The translations under genes and the position numbers were made by a program. A model generated the notes under the pieces. The model was not told the DNA's origin, ran no database searches, and worked only from the letters and a program-made list of their open reading frames with translations. Shown piece by piece: positions 38,561-49,300 of a stretch of 64,000 bases of DNA; position 1 is the first letter of the stretch, and every line of letters starts with the position of its first letter. The DNA comes from Myxococcota bacterium (lineage in GTDB: Bacteria > Myxococcota_A > UBA796 > CAJQPC01): assembly GCA_036229005.1 (NCBI GenBank), contig JAZAMN010000006.1, forward strand, positions 32,001 to 96,000, in the 5' to 3' direction.

Positions 38561-39429
38561 AGGTCCTGGTCACCGGCGCGCGGGGTTTCGTGGGCAGGCA
38601 CCTGGTCGCTGCCCTCAGCGAGGCGCGGCCGCAGGATGCGCTGCTCACACCCACCCGGCGGGAGCTGGATCTGGGGAACCAGGTGTCCGTGGGCGCATAC
38701 CTCAGCCTCCACAAGCCCGATCTGGTGTTCAACCTGGGCGCGGTGACCTCGCCGAGGGAGGCTGCGCTGGACAGTGAGCAGGCCTGGGCAGTGAACGTGG
38801 TGGGGACGCAAGCCCTGTGCGCCGGGCTCCTCACCTCCTCTCCCTCTGCCCGGCTGGTGCACGTCTCGACCTGCCACGCCTACGGCCCGCCGCTGCGGCT
38901 CCCCATCAGCGAGGCCCACCCCCTGAACCCGCAGGGGATCTACGCCGAGAGCAAGGCGGCCTCCGAGCAGCAGGTGCGAGAGGCGGTGGACCAAGGGCTG
39001 GACGCGGTCATCGCGCGGCCCTTCAACCTGACGGGCCCGGGGCAGAGCACCGAGTATGCGCTGGCCGACTGGTGCCAGCAGTCCATCGAAGGCGCGCACA
39101 GCATCCTCTGCGGCGATATCGACGTGGAGCGCGACTACATGGACGTCCGGGACGCCGCAACGGGCTTGCGTCTGCTGGCGGAGCGAGGGGTCTCAGGCGA
39201 GGCCTACAACCTCTGCAGCGGCCGGAGCCTGCCCCTGCGGTACCTGCTCGCTCTGGTCGCGCCCGGGGCGGAACCCCTGGAGGACCCCGGTCGCCTCCGC
39301 AAGCGCAGCGTCCCTGTGCTCCGGGGCAGCAACAGAAAAGCCGGCGCCCTGGGGTGGGAGCCGGCCATCTCTCTGGAGCAGAGCGCGGTGGACCTGCGGC
39401 TCTACCTGTTCTCGCGAACGTCCATCTGA
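38557..39429 (+). CDS. rmd: SDR epimerase/reductase, probably GDP-4-keto-6-deoxy-D-mannose reductase
   Basis: VTGARGFVG, YAESK, RPFNLTGPGQ, RDYMDVRD, YNLCSG; overlaps the gmd stop. Confidence 0.7.
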   Translation: MKVLVTGARGFVGRHLVAALSEARPQDALLTPTRRELDLGNQVSVGAYLSLHKPDLVFNLGAVTSPREAALDSEQAWAVNVVGTQALCAGLLTSSPSARLVHVSTCHAYGPPLRLPISEAHPLNPQGIYAESKAASEQQVREAVDQGLDAVIARPFNLTGPGQSTEYALADWCQQSIEGAHSILCGDIDVERDYMDVRDAATGLRLLAERGVSGEAYNLCSGRSLPLRYLLALVAPGAEPLEDPGRLRKRSVPVLRGSNRKAGALGWEPAISLEQSAVDLRLYLFSRTSI

Positions 39430-39968
39430 CCGTCGCCGTCGATGTCGCGGCCGACCTTGGCGACCTCGCCGTCGTCGTTGAAGTACTCCCAGTAGTCGAC
39501 CTTGCCGTCGCCGGTGGTGTCGCGCTCCTTGCGGCGGACACGGCCGTTCTCGTAGTACTTGAACAGGTCCCAGGTCCCGTCGAACTGGGTGTCGACCTCG
39601 GAGAACACGCGGCGGCCGCCCTGGTAGTGGTCGATCATGTCGACGTTGCCGTCAAAGTCGCCGTCCATCTCCTCGCGGATCAGCAGGCCGGCGTCGTCGT
39701 AGAAGCTGATCATGTCGATGCGGCCGTCCCAGTTCAGGTCGATCTCGCGCTTGACCAGCAGCCGGGAGGCCGAGGTGCGCTCCCGGTAGTAGTTGAAGAT
39801 GTCGGCTTGCCCGTCGTTGTTCAGGTCGACCTCGACCAGGACCAGGCCCTCCTCGGTGGGGCGCTCCACGACGGGGCGGGCCACCTCGACGGTCGCCTCG
39901 TCGTTCTTTGGGCCGCAGGCCGCCAGGGCCAGGGGGGCGAGGATCACAAACCAGGGCTTCCGCATCAT
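39402..39968 (-). CDS. Lipoprotein with six DxDxDG-like repeats
   Basis: Lipobox LAAC; DLNNDG, DLNWDG, DGDFDG, DTQFDG, DTTGDG, DIDGDG. Confidence 0.85.
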   Translation of the reverse strand: MMRKPWFVILAPLALAACGPKNDEATVEVARPVVERPTEEGLVLVEVDLNNDGQADIFNYYRERTSASRLLVKREIDLNWDGRIDMISFYDDAGLLIREEMDGDFDGNVDMIDHYQGGRRVFSEVDTQFDGTWDLFKYYENGRVRRKERDTTGDGKVDYWEYFNDDGEVAKVGRDIDGDGQMDVRENR

Positions 39969-40110
39969 CTCTCCGCATCTACCGCCCATGGAGCATAGTC
40001 CGGCCACCGGGCGCACACAATCACAGCCGCTCTATCGCGCGGAGCGGGGGCCAACTTGAGCCTGCCACGCTCGTGTTAGGGTGCCGGACCGCAAGAGTGC
40101 AGGGAGTCTG

Positions 40111-41265
40111 GTGAGCACGCGCAACAAGCACCTGATCCTGGTCGACGACGAGCCCGTGATCCTGCAGATCCTGGGCGCCGTCTTCGCGGATTCCCCCTAC
40201 CGGGTGTCCTCCTGCAGCACGGGCCAGCAGGCCGCCGACCTGATCCGGGGCGAGGGCGTGGACATCCTGGTCACCGACAAGAACCTGCCGGACGTCAACG
40301 GCATGGAGCTGCTGCGCATCGCGCGCGAGGTGAACCCGCTCTCCGAGACGCTGATCGTCACCGGCTTCGCGAGCCTGGAGACGGCGGTGCAGGCGGTGGA
40401 GCTCGACGCCTTCGACTACATCCTCAAGCCCTTGAACAACGTCTTCGAGATCAAGCGCAAGGTCGAGCGGGCCTCGGAGAAGCAGGACATCCTGGCCGAG
40501 AATCAGCGGCTGCTGCGGGATCTTCAGGAGAAGAACGCCGCGCTGGAGGAGGCGCTGCAGCAGACCCGGTCCCTGCAGGAGGAGCTCATCCAGAGCGAGA
40601 AGCTCGCGGGCATCGGCACTCTGGCCGCCGGCATCGCCCACGAGGTCAGCTCGCCCCTGTTCGGCATCATGGGCCTGGCCGAGGCCATCGTCGAGGAAGA
40701 GGACCTGGAGCTCTGCCACAACTACGCGGGCGAGATCGTCGAGTACTCCCAGGCCATCCGCGACATCGTGGTCGAGCTGTCGTCCTACTCCCGCGCGAGC
40801 GCCGCCGAGTACCTGACCACCGTCGAGCTCGACAAGGTGGTCCAGGACGCCATCCGTCTGGTGGAGCGCAGCGCCCAGACCGAGGGCGTCAGCGTGCGCT
40901 GCGAGGTCCCCAGCGGCCTCTACGTCCACGCCCGCACCGGAGAGGTGCAGCAGGTCTTCGTGAACCTGGTCAAGAACGCGGTCGAGGCTGTGTTCGGGCA
41001 GGAACAGGCGGAAGTCGTCGTGCGCGGAGGCCGCTCCGACAGGCGCGTCTGGGCCGAGGTCGCCGACAACGGTCCCGGCATCCCGGAGCCCAAGCTCAAG
41101 CTCGTGTTCGACCCATTCTACACGACCAAGGCCCCGGGGAAGGGCACTGGCCTTGGGCTCAACATCGTCTACCGTATCCTCACCAAGTACAGGGGCACGG
41201 TGTCGGTGGAGTCGGAGCTCGGCAAGGGGAGCCGCTTCTCCCTCAGCTTCCCCGTCGAGGGCTGA
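40111..41265 (+). CDS. Hybrid histidine kinase (REC-HisKA-HATPase), cytoplasmic
   Basis: ILVDDE, VTDKNLP, YILKP; AHEVSSP, NLVKNA, DNGPG, FDPFYTTK, GTGLGL. Confidence 0.93.
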   Translation: MSTRNKHLILVDDEPVILQILGAVFADSPYRVSSCSTGQQAADLIRGEGVDILVTDKNLPDVNGMELLRIAREVNPLSETLIVTGFASLETAVQAVELDAFDYILKPLNNVFEIKRKVERASEKQDILAENQRLLRDLQEKNAALEEALQQTRSLQEELIQSEKLAGIGTLAAGIAHEVSSPLFGIMGLAEAIVEEEDLELCHNYAGEIVEYSQAIRDIVVELSSYSRASAAEYLTTVELDKVVQDAIRLVERSAQTEGVSVRCEVPSGLYVHARTGEVQQVFVNLVKNAVEAVFGQEQAEVVVRGGRSDRRVWAEVADNGPGIPEPKLKLVFDPFYTTKAPGKGTGLGLNIVYRILTKYRGTVSVESELGKGSRFSLSFPVEG

Positions 41266-41271
41266 GCCCCC

Positions 41272-43065
41272 ATGCGGCTGCGCCCGCGCCTGGTCCTCCT
41301 CTTGGTGGTCAGCACGCTGATTCCGCTGGGCCTGACGGGGTGGATGACCGCCCACCTCAGCCGTCAGAACAACATCGCACAGGCCCGCCAGCTCCAACAG
41401 CGGCAGGCCGAGGCGTTGGCCACCCTCACCGAATCCTGGCGCGAGGACAGCCTCCGGGCCCTGGAGCTCGGGCTCGCCACCTGGGACGTCGAGCAGCTCT
41501 CCGCCGCTGAGCGGGCCGGTTTGCAGCGGGTGCTCTACCGGCAGTTGGACGCCGTCAACATCGTCGCGACGGTGGACCGCGCGGGGCAGCCCGTGGTCCC
41601 CCCCACCACGCTCGGAGAGGGGGAGACGGTCGGGGAGCTCTCTCGCCACCAGCCCGTGGGCGGCGCGCGCCTGGAGCGCCTGCTCAGCCGGATTCCCGCG
41701 CCCGGCCCTGGAGCGGTCTCCGTCGGCCAGGTGTACGACCCGGGGGATGGACAGGCCGCCGTGTTGCCCGTTGCGCTCGCCTCGCCCAAGGGCGAGCTCA
41801 TCGTGGTCGTGGAGCTCTCTCTGGAGGAGCTGGAGGAGGGGTTCGCTGCACAGGCCCTCCCCCACGGCGGGGCACTCTTGATGGCCTCTACCGGGGACAG
41901 GATCCTGGGCCCGGGCGAGGACACGCTGCCCCAGACCACCGCCTGGTTGGGGGCCGGGCTCTCCGGCGAGTTGGAGTACGACACCGCCCAGGGGCGGGAG
42001 ATCCTCGCGACCTTCCAGGGCATCTCCGGGGCGCCGTGGACCGTCGTCGTCAGCCAGGAGCGGGACCAGATCACCGCCGCCGGCGACGCCATCGCCCTCA
42101 AGGTCGCCTACGTCTACCTGCTCGCGCTGGTGCTGGTCGGTGCCACGGCCGCGGTCTCCGCAAACCAGATCGCGCGGCCCATGTTGGCCTTGCGGCGGGC
42201 CGCGGAGCGCATCGGTCAGGGCAAGCTCGGCGAGCGGGTGCAGTGGCAGGGGCGGGACGAGATCGCGGAGCTGGCCGAGACCTTCAACGACATGTCCGAG
42301 CGCCTGCAGGCCCAGGCCAGCACCATCCAGGCCAAGAACCAGGAGATCGAGGGCTTCAACCGGGAGCTGCAGGACCGCGTGCGGGCGCGCACCCGGGAGC
42401 TGGAGCAGTCGCAGGCCCGGCTGGTTCAGTCCTCCCGCATGGCCGCCGTCGCCCAGCTCGGGGCGGGGCTGGCGCACGAGCTGAACAACCCCATCGCCGG
42501 CATCCTGGGCCTGTCCCAGCTCGCCCAGCAGCAGCCGGCCGCCAGCGAGGGCCTGCTCCAGTCCATCGAAGGCGAGGCGCTCCGCTGCCGCGACATCCTC
42601 CAGTCGCTCCAGCGCTTCTCCGGCGCCGGCGGTGTGTCCTCGCGCGAGCCCCTGGATCTGAGCCAGCTCTTACACCAGGTGCTTGTGTTGGTGCGCTCCT
42701 CCATGGAGGAGGCCCAGGTTCAGGTCGACCTCGAGCCCCTCCCGGCGCTGCCCACCCTGGGGGACGCTGCGCTGCTGGGACAGGCCGTCACCCAGCTCCT
42801 GCGCAGCCTGCGGGCCAACCTCGCTCCGGGCGGCAGGATCCGCATCAGCGGCCGATCCGCGCTCGGAGAGGTGGGCCTGGAGATGAAGCTGGACGGGCCC
42901 GCGCGGCCCTCCAAGGACGACTGGCTTGCCTCCGGGATGGGCTTCTGGGTGGCCCAGCAGGTGCTGCATGAGCACGGCGGGCGCCTGGAGGAAGGGGCGG
43001 TCGCGAGCCGGGTCTGGACGCTCTGGCTGCCTGCCGCTGAAGATCCGGAGCGCGCTGGGCAGTAA
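41272..43065 (+). CDS. Membrane sensor (periplasmic domain, HAMP, HisKA) with degenerate HATPase
   Basis: Two TMs, RDEIAELAETFNDM, AHELNNP; N and F boxes not recognisable. Confidence 0.88.
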   Translation: MRLRPRLVLLLVVSTLIPLGLTGWMTAHLSRQNNIAQARQLQQRQAEALATLTESWREDSLRALELGLATWDVEQLSAAERAGLQRVLYRQLDAVNIVATVDRAGQPVVPPTTLGEGETVGELSRHQPVGGARLERLLSRIPAPGPGAVSVGQVYDPGDGQAAVLPVALASPKGELIVVVELSLEELEEGFAAQALPHGGALLMASTGDRILGPGEDTLPQTTAWLGAGLSGELEYDTAQGREILATFQGISGAPWTVVVSQERDQITAAGDAIALKVAYVYLLALVLVGATAAVSANQIARPMLALRRAAERIGQGKLGERVQWQGRDEIAELAETFNDMSERLQAQASTIQAKNQEIEGFNRELQDRVRARTRELEQSQARLVQSSRMAAVAQLGAGLAHELNNPIAGILGLSQLAQQQPAASEGLLQSIEGEALRCRDILQSLQRFSGAGGVSSREPLDLSQLLHQVLVLVRSSMEEAQVQVDLEPLPALPTLGDAALLGQAVTQLLRSLRANLAPGGRIRISGRSALGEVGLEMKLDGPARPSKDDWLASGMGFWVAQQVLHEHGGRLEEGAVASRVWTLWLPAAEDPERAGQ

Positions 43066-43074
43066 GATGCCCCA

Positions 43075-43932
43075 ATGCGAGAGTTCCTGACCCTCATCGC
43101 GGTGGCTGCGGCGGTCCTGATCCTGGGCGGGCTCGGGTACCGGGCGCTCTTCGCCCCAGGGGCAGAGGCGGGGATGCAGCTCAGCGCCGTTCAAGGCGAG
43201 GTGTTCCGGGTGGGTGACCAGCAGCTCCCCGCTCAGGTCGGTGACCGGCTGGCGCCCTCGGAGACCCTGGTTGCTGGTCCCGATGGCTCCGCGACCCTGG
43301 AGTTCGGCGAAGGCAGCGCCCTCAAGATCAGCTCAGGCACGCGGATCCGGGTGCTCGACGGCGACCAGGACACCCTCCGCATCGAGCTGGAGGATGGGCA
43401 GGTGGAGGCCACGCTGCGCGGCGGGCCGGGGCTGGGCGTGGTCAGCGGGGAGCGGGAGATCCGGGCACAGGACGCCGACTTCCAGGTCGCCCGCGCCGAG
43501 GACAGCACCTATGTCCGCAGCGAGCGCGGAGAGCTGCAGCTCCAGGGCTTCGGGGATCTGGACACCCTGGGCCCCGACCAGGTCCTGGTCGCTCCGGACC
43601 AGGGGGCCATGCGGGTCGATGAGGCCTCTCGGGCGCTGCTGATGGAGGTCGAGTGGCCGGGCCGTCAGGTGCGGCAGCCAACCCTCCCCATCGTCGGTCG
43701 CTGCGACCCGGGGAGCCAGGTGGCGCTCTTCGTGGACGGGGTCTCCATCGGAACCGTCATCGCCGACAGCCTGGGCCAGTGGTCTCTGGAAGCCCCGCTG
43801 GACGAGGGCCCCAACCCCGTGCGCGTCGTGATCACGGACCCCCTGGGGCGCAGCCGGACCCTGGAGGAGGTGGTGGATCTGGACACGCGGCCTCCCCAGC
43901 TCACGGTCGAAGTCGCGGTGCCGGGGGGCTGA
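43075..43932 (+). CDS. FecR-domain protein with C-terminal Ig-like domain
   Basis: TM anchor; AGPDGSATLEFGEGSALKISSGTRI, IELEDGQV; LDEGPNPVRVVITDPLG...LDTRPP. Confidence 0.8.
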   Translation: MREFLTLIAVAAAVLILGGLGYRALFAPGAEAGMQLSAVQGEVFRVGDQQLPAQVGDRLAPSETLVAGPDGSATLEFGEGSALKISSGTRIRVLDGDQDTLRIELEDGQVEATLRGGPGLGVVSGEREIRAQDADFQVARAEDSTYVRSERGELQLQGFGDLDTLGPDQVLVAPDQGAMRVDEASRALLMEVEWPGRQVRQPTLPIVGRCDPGSQVALFVDGVSIGTVIADSLGQWSLEAPLDEGPNPVRVVITDPLGRSRTLEEVVDLDTRPPQLTVEVAVPGG

Positions 43933-46338
43933 ATGTGGCTGTTGTTGCCAGCGCTGGCTGCGGCCGGCGTTGAGGTCATCGCGCCCAGCCCGCTGGAGCA
44001 GGGGCGGCCGGGACGGGTGCTCGTGTCGTCGTGGTCTGAGGATCAGCCGGCGGAGGCGCCACCGGAGCTCGCGCTGGCGGGAGGAGAGCTGCTCGCCTTG
44101 CAGCCCGAAGGCCACCCCGGCGTCTGGGAGCTCGTGGTGCTTCCGGATGCGACCCGGCCGGACCTCGTGGTCCGGGTGGACGGAACCGGGCACAGCCTGG
44201 CCCTCAAGGCCCCTTCCAGGCCGGACTTCTCGGCGCCCACGCGGCTGGAGGGGGAGGTCACCGAGGGGATCATGCTGGAGCTCTCCGGGGAGCTCACACC
44301 GCCGGACATCCAGGTCCTCCTCCCCAAGGACCTGACCCTCTCCGCAGTCGAGGACACCGGGTCCGGCTTGCGCCTGAGCCTGGATCCTGGGCCCTCCCAG
44401 GAGGCTCGGGTGCTGCTCGTCGGCCTCCGGGACCTGCGCAAGCCCCAGTCGGCCACCCACTGGGTGCAGCTCCGGCTTCACCGAATCGCCCAGGTCAAGC
44501 TGGCCACCGAGCCCGGCTCAAAGGTCTCCATCCGGGTGGGGGGACGGACGGTCGGCCCTGTGGCCGCCGACCGGGACGGAAAGGTCGCCGTGGACGTGCC
44601 CGTCTACCCCGGAGAGACCGAGGCCGTGGCGGTGTCCGAGGACCCGGCGGGGAACCGCAGCGAGACCCGCATCAGCCTGGCCATCTCACCGCCGCCCGCG
44701 CTGGGGATCGCCGCAGTGGAGGGCGCTGGACAGACCCCGCACGTCGAGATCAGCGCCCAGGGGCCCGCCGGGCGCGCCTGGACCGGCGCTGCGCCCGAGT
44801 GCCTCATCCCGCCCGGTGTGGAGCTCGATCTGCGCCCCGTCGCGCCCGGCCGCTGGACCGCCTGGATCCCTGGTGTCGAGCGCCTGCCCCCAGACCTTCG
44901 CGTGTCCTGCACTCTGGGCAAGGTCCAGGCCCAGCTCCAGCACGTGGGTGGGGCAGGGGGCCCCGAACGCGTGGTCCTGCGCGCCTGGCCGGAGGAGCTC
45001 TCCTCCGACTTCCCGGTCGCCCAGCTCCAAGCCAGCCTGGAGGACAGCCGAGGCGACCGCCTGCCATTGGCTGGACTCGAGCTCAGCGCACAACACGGGG
45101 CTGTGGAGCACCTGGTCATGGACGGGCGCGTGCTGCGGGCGGACTACATGGGGGACGGCGGGAACCCCCAGGACCAGGTGGTCGCGCGCTGGGTGCAGCC
45201 CCCATCGTCCGAGCCCGTGGTCGCCCTGGAGCTGAGCCTCAGCCGCAGGGGGCAGGGCAGGGAGGCCGTCGTCCGGGCCTTTGACGCCCAAGGGGCCCCG
45301 GTCCAGGGGGCCCAGATCAGCTTGCGGGTCGATGAGTATGTGCTGCAGGCGCAGAGCGACGCTCGGGGGCGGGCCCGGCTCTACTTCGAGCCTCAAGGGG
45401 TCCAGGTCGTCGTCGTGAGCACCCAGGGCGTCGAGAAGCAGGGCTTGAGCCTGCCCTGGCTGGAGTACCCGGTCATCGGGGAGCTGGGGCCGGATCTCCA
45501 GACCCAGGTGCCCTTGAACGTCCGCGCGGGTCGGGTCCGTCGCGCGGAGCTCTCCATGGACCAGGAGGTCCTCTACACCCAGCGTGGAGCGGCCGCGAAC
45601 GTCGTGGTCGTGCTCCTGGACCGGGACGGCGTGCCAGTCCCCGACGAGCCCGTCAGGCTGAGCGCCTCGGAGGGCTTCCTCTCAAGCCTGCAGCCCCTCC
45701 CGGATGGCAGCCTGCGGGCCGTCTACCAGCCCCCGCCTCAGCTCCGCGCAGGCAAGGTCCAGATCCGCCTGGAGGCCCTGGACTCCAGCTTCGAGCCCCA
45801 GGAGTTCACCCTCGTCCTGGCCCCCCCGCCCATCTACAGGGCCCCCGGGCTCACCGTCGGAGGCGTGCTCAACTTCAACGGGCCGCTGGGCCCCTACCTG
45901 GGGCTGAGCTTCGAGCAGGCCCTTCGGCCCCCGATCCCCTTCGCCCTGCGCGCGGAGCTGGGGGTGTACCGGGTGGATCGCAACGTGAACCTGAGCAGCG
46001 GGAGCGCGGCGCTGCGCATGGAGGTCGTCCCCTTGGTGCTCTCGGGCCATCGGCGCTGGGACCAGGGGCTCTGGTCCACCTGGGTGGGCGCCGGGCTCGT
46101 CGTCGCGCCCTTCCGCTCCCGGAGCTGGTTCGTCGAAGACGGCCTGGAGGAGCCGGGCACCTCGCAGCTCGGCATCCACCCCCCGGGCCTGCAGGTCTAC
46201 GCAGGCCGCGGCTACCGTCTCCGGGGCGGGGAGAGCTTCGCCGAGATCCGCTACACCGCGCTGGGCTCCAGTGCCGAAGAGTTCTCTGGACAGATCGGCG
46301 GCGTGACCGCTACCATCGGCTTCAGAATCGTCTATTGA
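43933..46338 (+). CDS. Large secreted protein, Ig/invasin-like domains and probable C-terminal outer-membrane beta-barrel
   Basis: Signal peptide; EDPAGN, DAQGAPVQG, DRDGVPVP motifs; amphipathic C-terminal strands ending GGVTATIGFRIVY. Confidence 0.7.
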   Translation: MWLLLPALAAAGVEVIAPSPLEQGRPGRVLVSSWSEDQPAEAPPELALAGGELLALQPEGHPGVWELVVLPDATRPDLVVRVDGTGHSLALKAPSRPDFSAPTRLEGEVTEGIMLELSGELTPPDIQVLLPKDLTLSAVEDTGSGLRLSLDPGPSQEARVLLVGLRDLRKPQSATHWVQLRLHRIAQVKLATEPGSKVSIRVGGRTVGPVAADRDGKVAVDVPVYPGETEAVAVSEDPAGNRSETRISLAISPPPALGIAAVEGAGQTPHVEISAQGPAGRAWTGAAPECLIPPGVELDLRPVAPGRWTAWIPGVERLPPDLRVSCTLGKVQAQLQHVGGAGGPERVVLRAWPEELSSDFPVAQLQASLEDSRGDRLPLAGLELSAQHGAVEHLVMDGRVLRADYMGDGGNPQDQVVARWVQPPSSEPVVALELSLSRRGQGREAVVRAFDAQGAPVQGAQISLRVDEYVLQAQSDARGRARLYFEPQGVQVVVVSTQGVEKQGLSLPWLEYPVIGELGPDLQTQVPLNVRAGRVRRAELSMDQEVLYTQRGAAANVVVVLLDRDGVPVPDEPVRLSASEGFLSSLQPLPDGSLRAVYQPPPQLRAGKVQIRLEALDSSFEPQEFTLVLAPPPIYRAPGLTVGGVLNFNGPLGPYLGLSFEQALRPPIPFALRAELGVYRVDRNVNLSSGSAALRMEVVPLVLSGHRRWDQGLWSTWVGAGLVVAPFRSRSWFVEDGLEEPGTSQLGIHPPGLQVYAGRGYRLRGGESFAEIRYTALGSSAEEFSGQIGGVTATIGFRIVY

Positions 46339-46370
46339 CCGGAGTTGATCGGAGCCCAGAGACGGAGCGT

Positions 46371-49300
46371 ATGAACCAGAGCTGGCCAGGCTTGGGCGCC
46401 TCGGCGTTGCCCCTGTTGGGCATCGCGCTGGTCTCCTGCGTCGAGAGCCAGACTCCGGATCCCCAGGCCGTCTCGCCCGCGCGCGTCTACCACGCCGAGA
46501 ACACCCCCATCACCATCACCGGGGAGTACTTCCACCCCGTCGTCACGGTGGATGTGGGGCGGGACGGAAACTCGGTCGACGACAGCTTCGGGGCCGAGTT
46601 CGTCCACACCGTCTCCGGCGAGAGCATCGAGCTCGAGGGGCTGTTCTGGGAGAGCTTCCAGGAGCTCCGCGGCGTCTGGCCCGAAGACCAGGCCACAGGC
46701 ACCTACGATCTCTACCTGACCAGCCCGGAGGGTGGGGACCCGGTCGTCCTCCAGGATGCGCTCACCGTCTCGGACTCGCGGGCCAACACCATCGTCGTCA
46801 CACCCCAGGTCTCCTCCGAGGTCGTCGGGGAGTTCATCCAGTTCGACATCAGCCTGGTTGACGCCCAGGGCAACGCGGTGGTCGAGGCCGGGAGCGTGCC
46901 GGTCAGCCTGGAGATCAGCGGCCCCGACGCCTCCAGCTTGAGCTTCCCCAGCACCCAGGGCATCGACGAGCTGACCCAGACCGGGGACGAGAACTCCTGG
47001 GTGGGCCGCCTGTCCTTCACCGAAGAGAACTGGTTCACCGTCTCCAGCAGCGTGGACGGTCTGCTCACGCTCACGGTCTCCGACGACGGCGAGGGCCTCG
47101 AGGACGGCAGGGGGACCGTCCTCTTCGAGCCCGGGAACCTGGACGACCTCGAGATCATCCTGCCCTCCAGCAACTTCACCGCCACCGCGGGGGAGAGCTT
47201 CCCCGTCACCTTCCGGGCCCTGGACGACGAGGGGAACCTCGTCGACGGCCCCCTTCAACTGGAGTTCTCGGATAGCTGCTCGGGCGTGGTGGAGCCCAGC
47301 GAGCTCACCCTCAATGGCGAAGAGACCGTGCTCCTGACCTTCGGGCGCGCCAACTCCGGGGCGTGCTCGCAGACCCAGCTCCTGGTGGACGCGCAGATCA
47401 CCTGGACCTCGGACCCCTTCACCGTGCGGCCCGCCGACGCGTCCGAGCTGGTGGTCCGATTCAATGGGCTCGCGGGGCTCTCTGGCATCCAGGCCGGAGA
47501 GGGCGTGGAGCTGTCCATCCAAGCCATCGACCCCTACAACAACGTCGTCGTGGACTACGACGAGAGCCTGTCCTTCACGGTCCGCGGGAGCAGCGGTGAG
47601 CTCGAAGGGGCCGACGTCGTCTCTCGCCTCTCCGAGGTATGGAACAACGGCTTGTCCTACTGGGTCTGGACGCCCACGAGCGCTGGTGAGAACGTCCTGG
47701 AGGCCTCCGGTGGCGGCCTGACCGCCCTCGCGCCCAGCCTCGGGGTGGTCGCCGGCCCAGCGGTTGACCTTGACGCCAACGTGCAGGTCAGCAGCGTCGT
47801 CGCCGGGGAGACCTTCGATCTCAGCGTGGCGCTCTCCGATGCCTACGCCAACAGCGTGAGCTGGGACGGCAGCACCTACACCCTGAGCGTGGACGATGGC
47901 GCGGGCAGCGTGGGCTGCAGCTTCCAGAGCCTGACCGAGGTCGCCGCAGAGTTCGAGTGCGCGGCCACCCATGCCACCAGCGGTGTGTCCCTGACGGTGG
48001 AGGTCGACCCCGGGGGCTTGACCGCCCAGACCGATGTGATCGAGGTGACCAACGCTGCCGCCGACTCCGCCACCTGGAGCCTGCCAGCCTCTGCGGTCGC
48101 GGGAGACAGCTTCGCGGCGAGCCTGCAGGTCTACGACGCGTTCGGGAACCCCTACCGCACCGGGACGCGGGGGGTGACGCTGAGCGACGACTCCGGCACC
48201 CTCTCCCCCAGCTCCGCGAGCCTCAAGAGCGACGGCTCCCTCAGCCTGAACCTCAGCATCACCGAGGCCGGAACGCGCGCTGTCACCGTCTCGATGGGCG
48301 GAGACCTGGGGACCGACACCATCGAGATCCTCGCGGACGACGCCGCCAGCCTGGAGCTGGATCTTCAGGAGCCCTGGGCCTGGCAGGGCGACAGCGTGCC
48401 GCTGGAGGTCCAGGCCGTCGACCAGTTCGGGAACCTTGTCCAGGACTACAGCCGCACCGTGACGGTGAGCTCCCAGGCCAGCGGCTTCTCGGACCTCAGC
48501 CTCAGCAGCTTCTCCGGGGGGCTGGCCACCACCACCCTGAGCTGGGACCAGACCGCACTGCAGGACCGGGTGCTGGTCCAGGATGACCAGGGCCTCAGCG
48601 GGACCTCTTCGGCCATCGATGTCGTGGAGGTCTGCGCGGACGGCCCGACCTCGCTTGTGCTGATCGGTGGCAGCAGTGATGAAGCGGTCAGTTGCCGGAG
48701 CGGTGGGCTGGCCAGTGTGAACGTGGACCTCTCCACCTCCTCCCCTGGATCCGCCTCCCTCATCGCGATGCACCTGGATGACGGCGAGGGCAACCGACTG
48801 CGCGCCGCGGTGGGCAGCCAGACCCTCAGCGCCTCCGAGCCCGGGGTCACCTACGTCCAGGCGCTGGTGGTGGACAGCGACGCCTGCGCAGACCTGGACA
48901 GCGGCGTCTGGTACGTCGCCGACAGCGGGGACATCGCGGGGCCCATCTCGCTCTCGCTGGCCCACAGCGGTCGGGTTGCGGGAGGCAGCAGCACGGTCTC
49001 CGATACCACCCTGAGCGTCAGCGCCCAGGACTGCACGGGCGCCAGCCTCTCCAGCGGGCAGGTCTACCTGCGCACGGACATGGGGGCCTTCTCCGGCCTG
49101 AGCACCGACAGCCAGGGCCAATACCTGGACCTCTCCATGGGGAGCACGGTCACCTGGAGCGGGACCACGGCCATCGCGAACGGCACGGCCAACGTCTACG
49201 CGGGCGCCCTGGACAACAGCGCGTGGGGGAGCGCCTCTCTGACCTTGAGCAGCGAGAGCGAGCCCCCCGTGGTGTGCGCCGTCGACCCCCGGGGGAGCAG

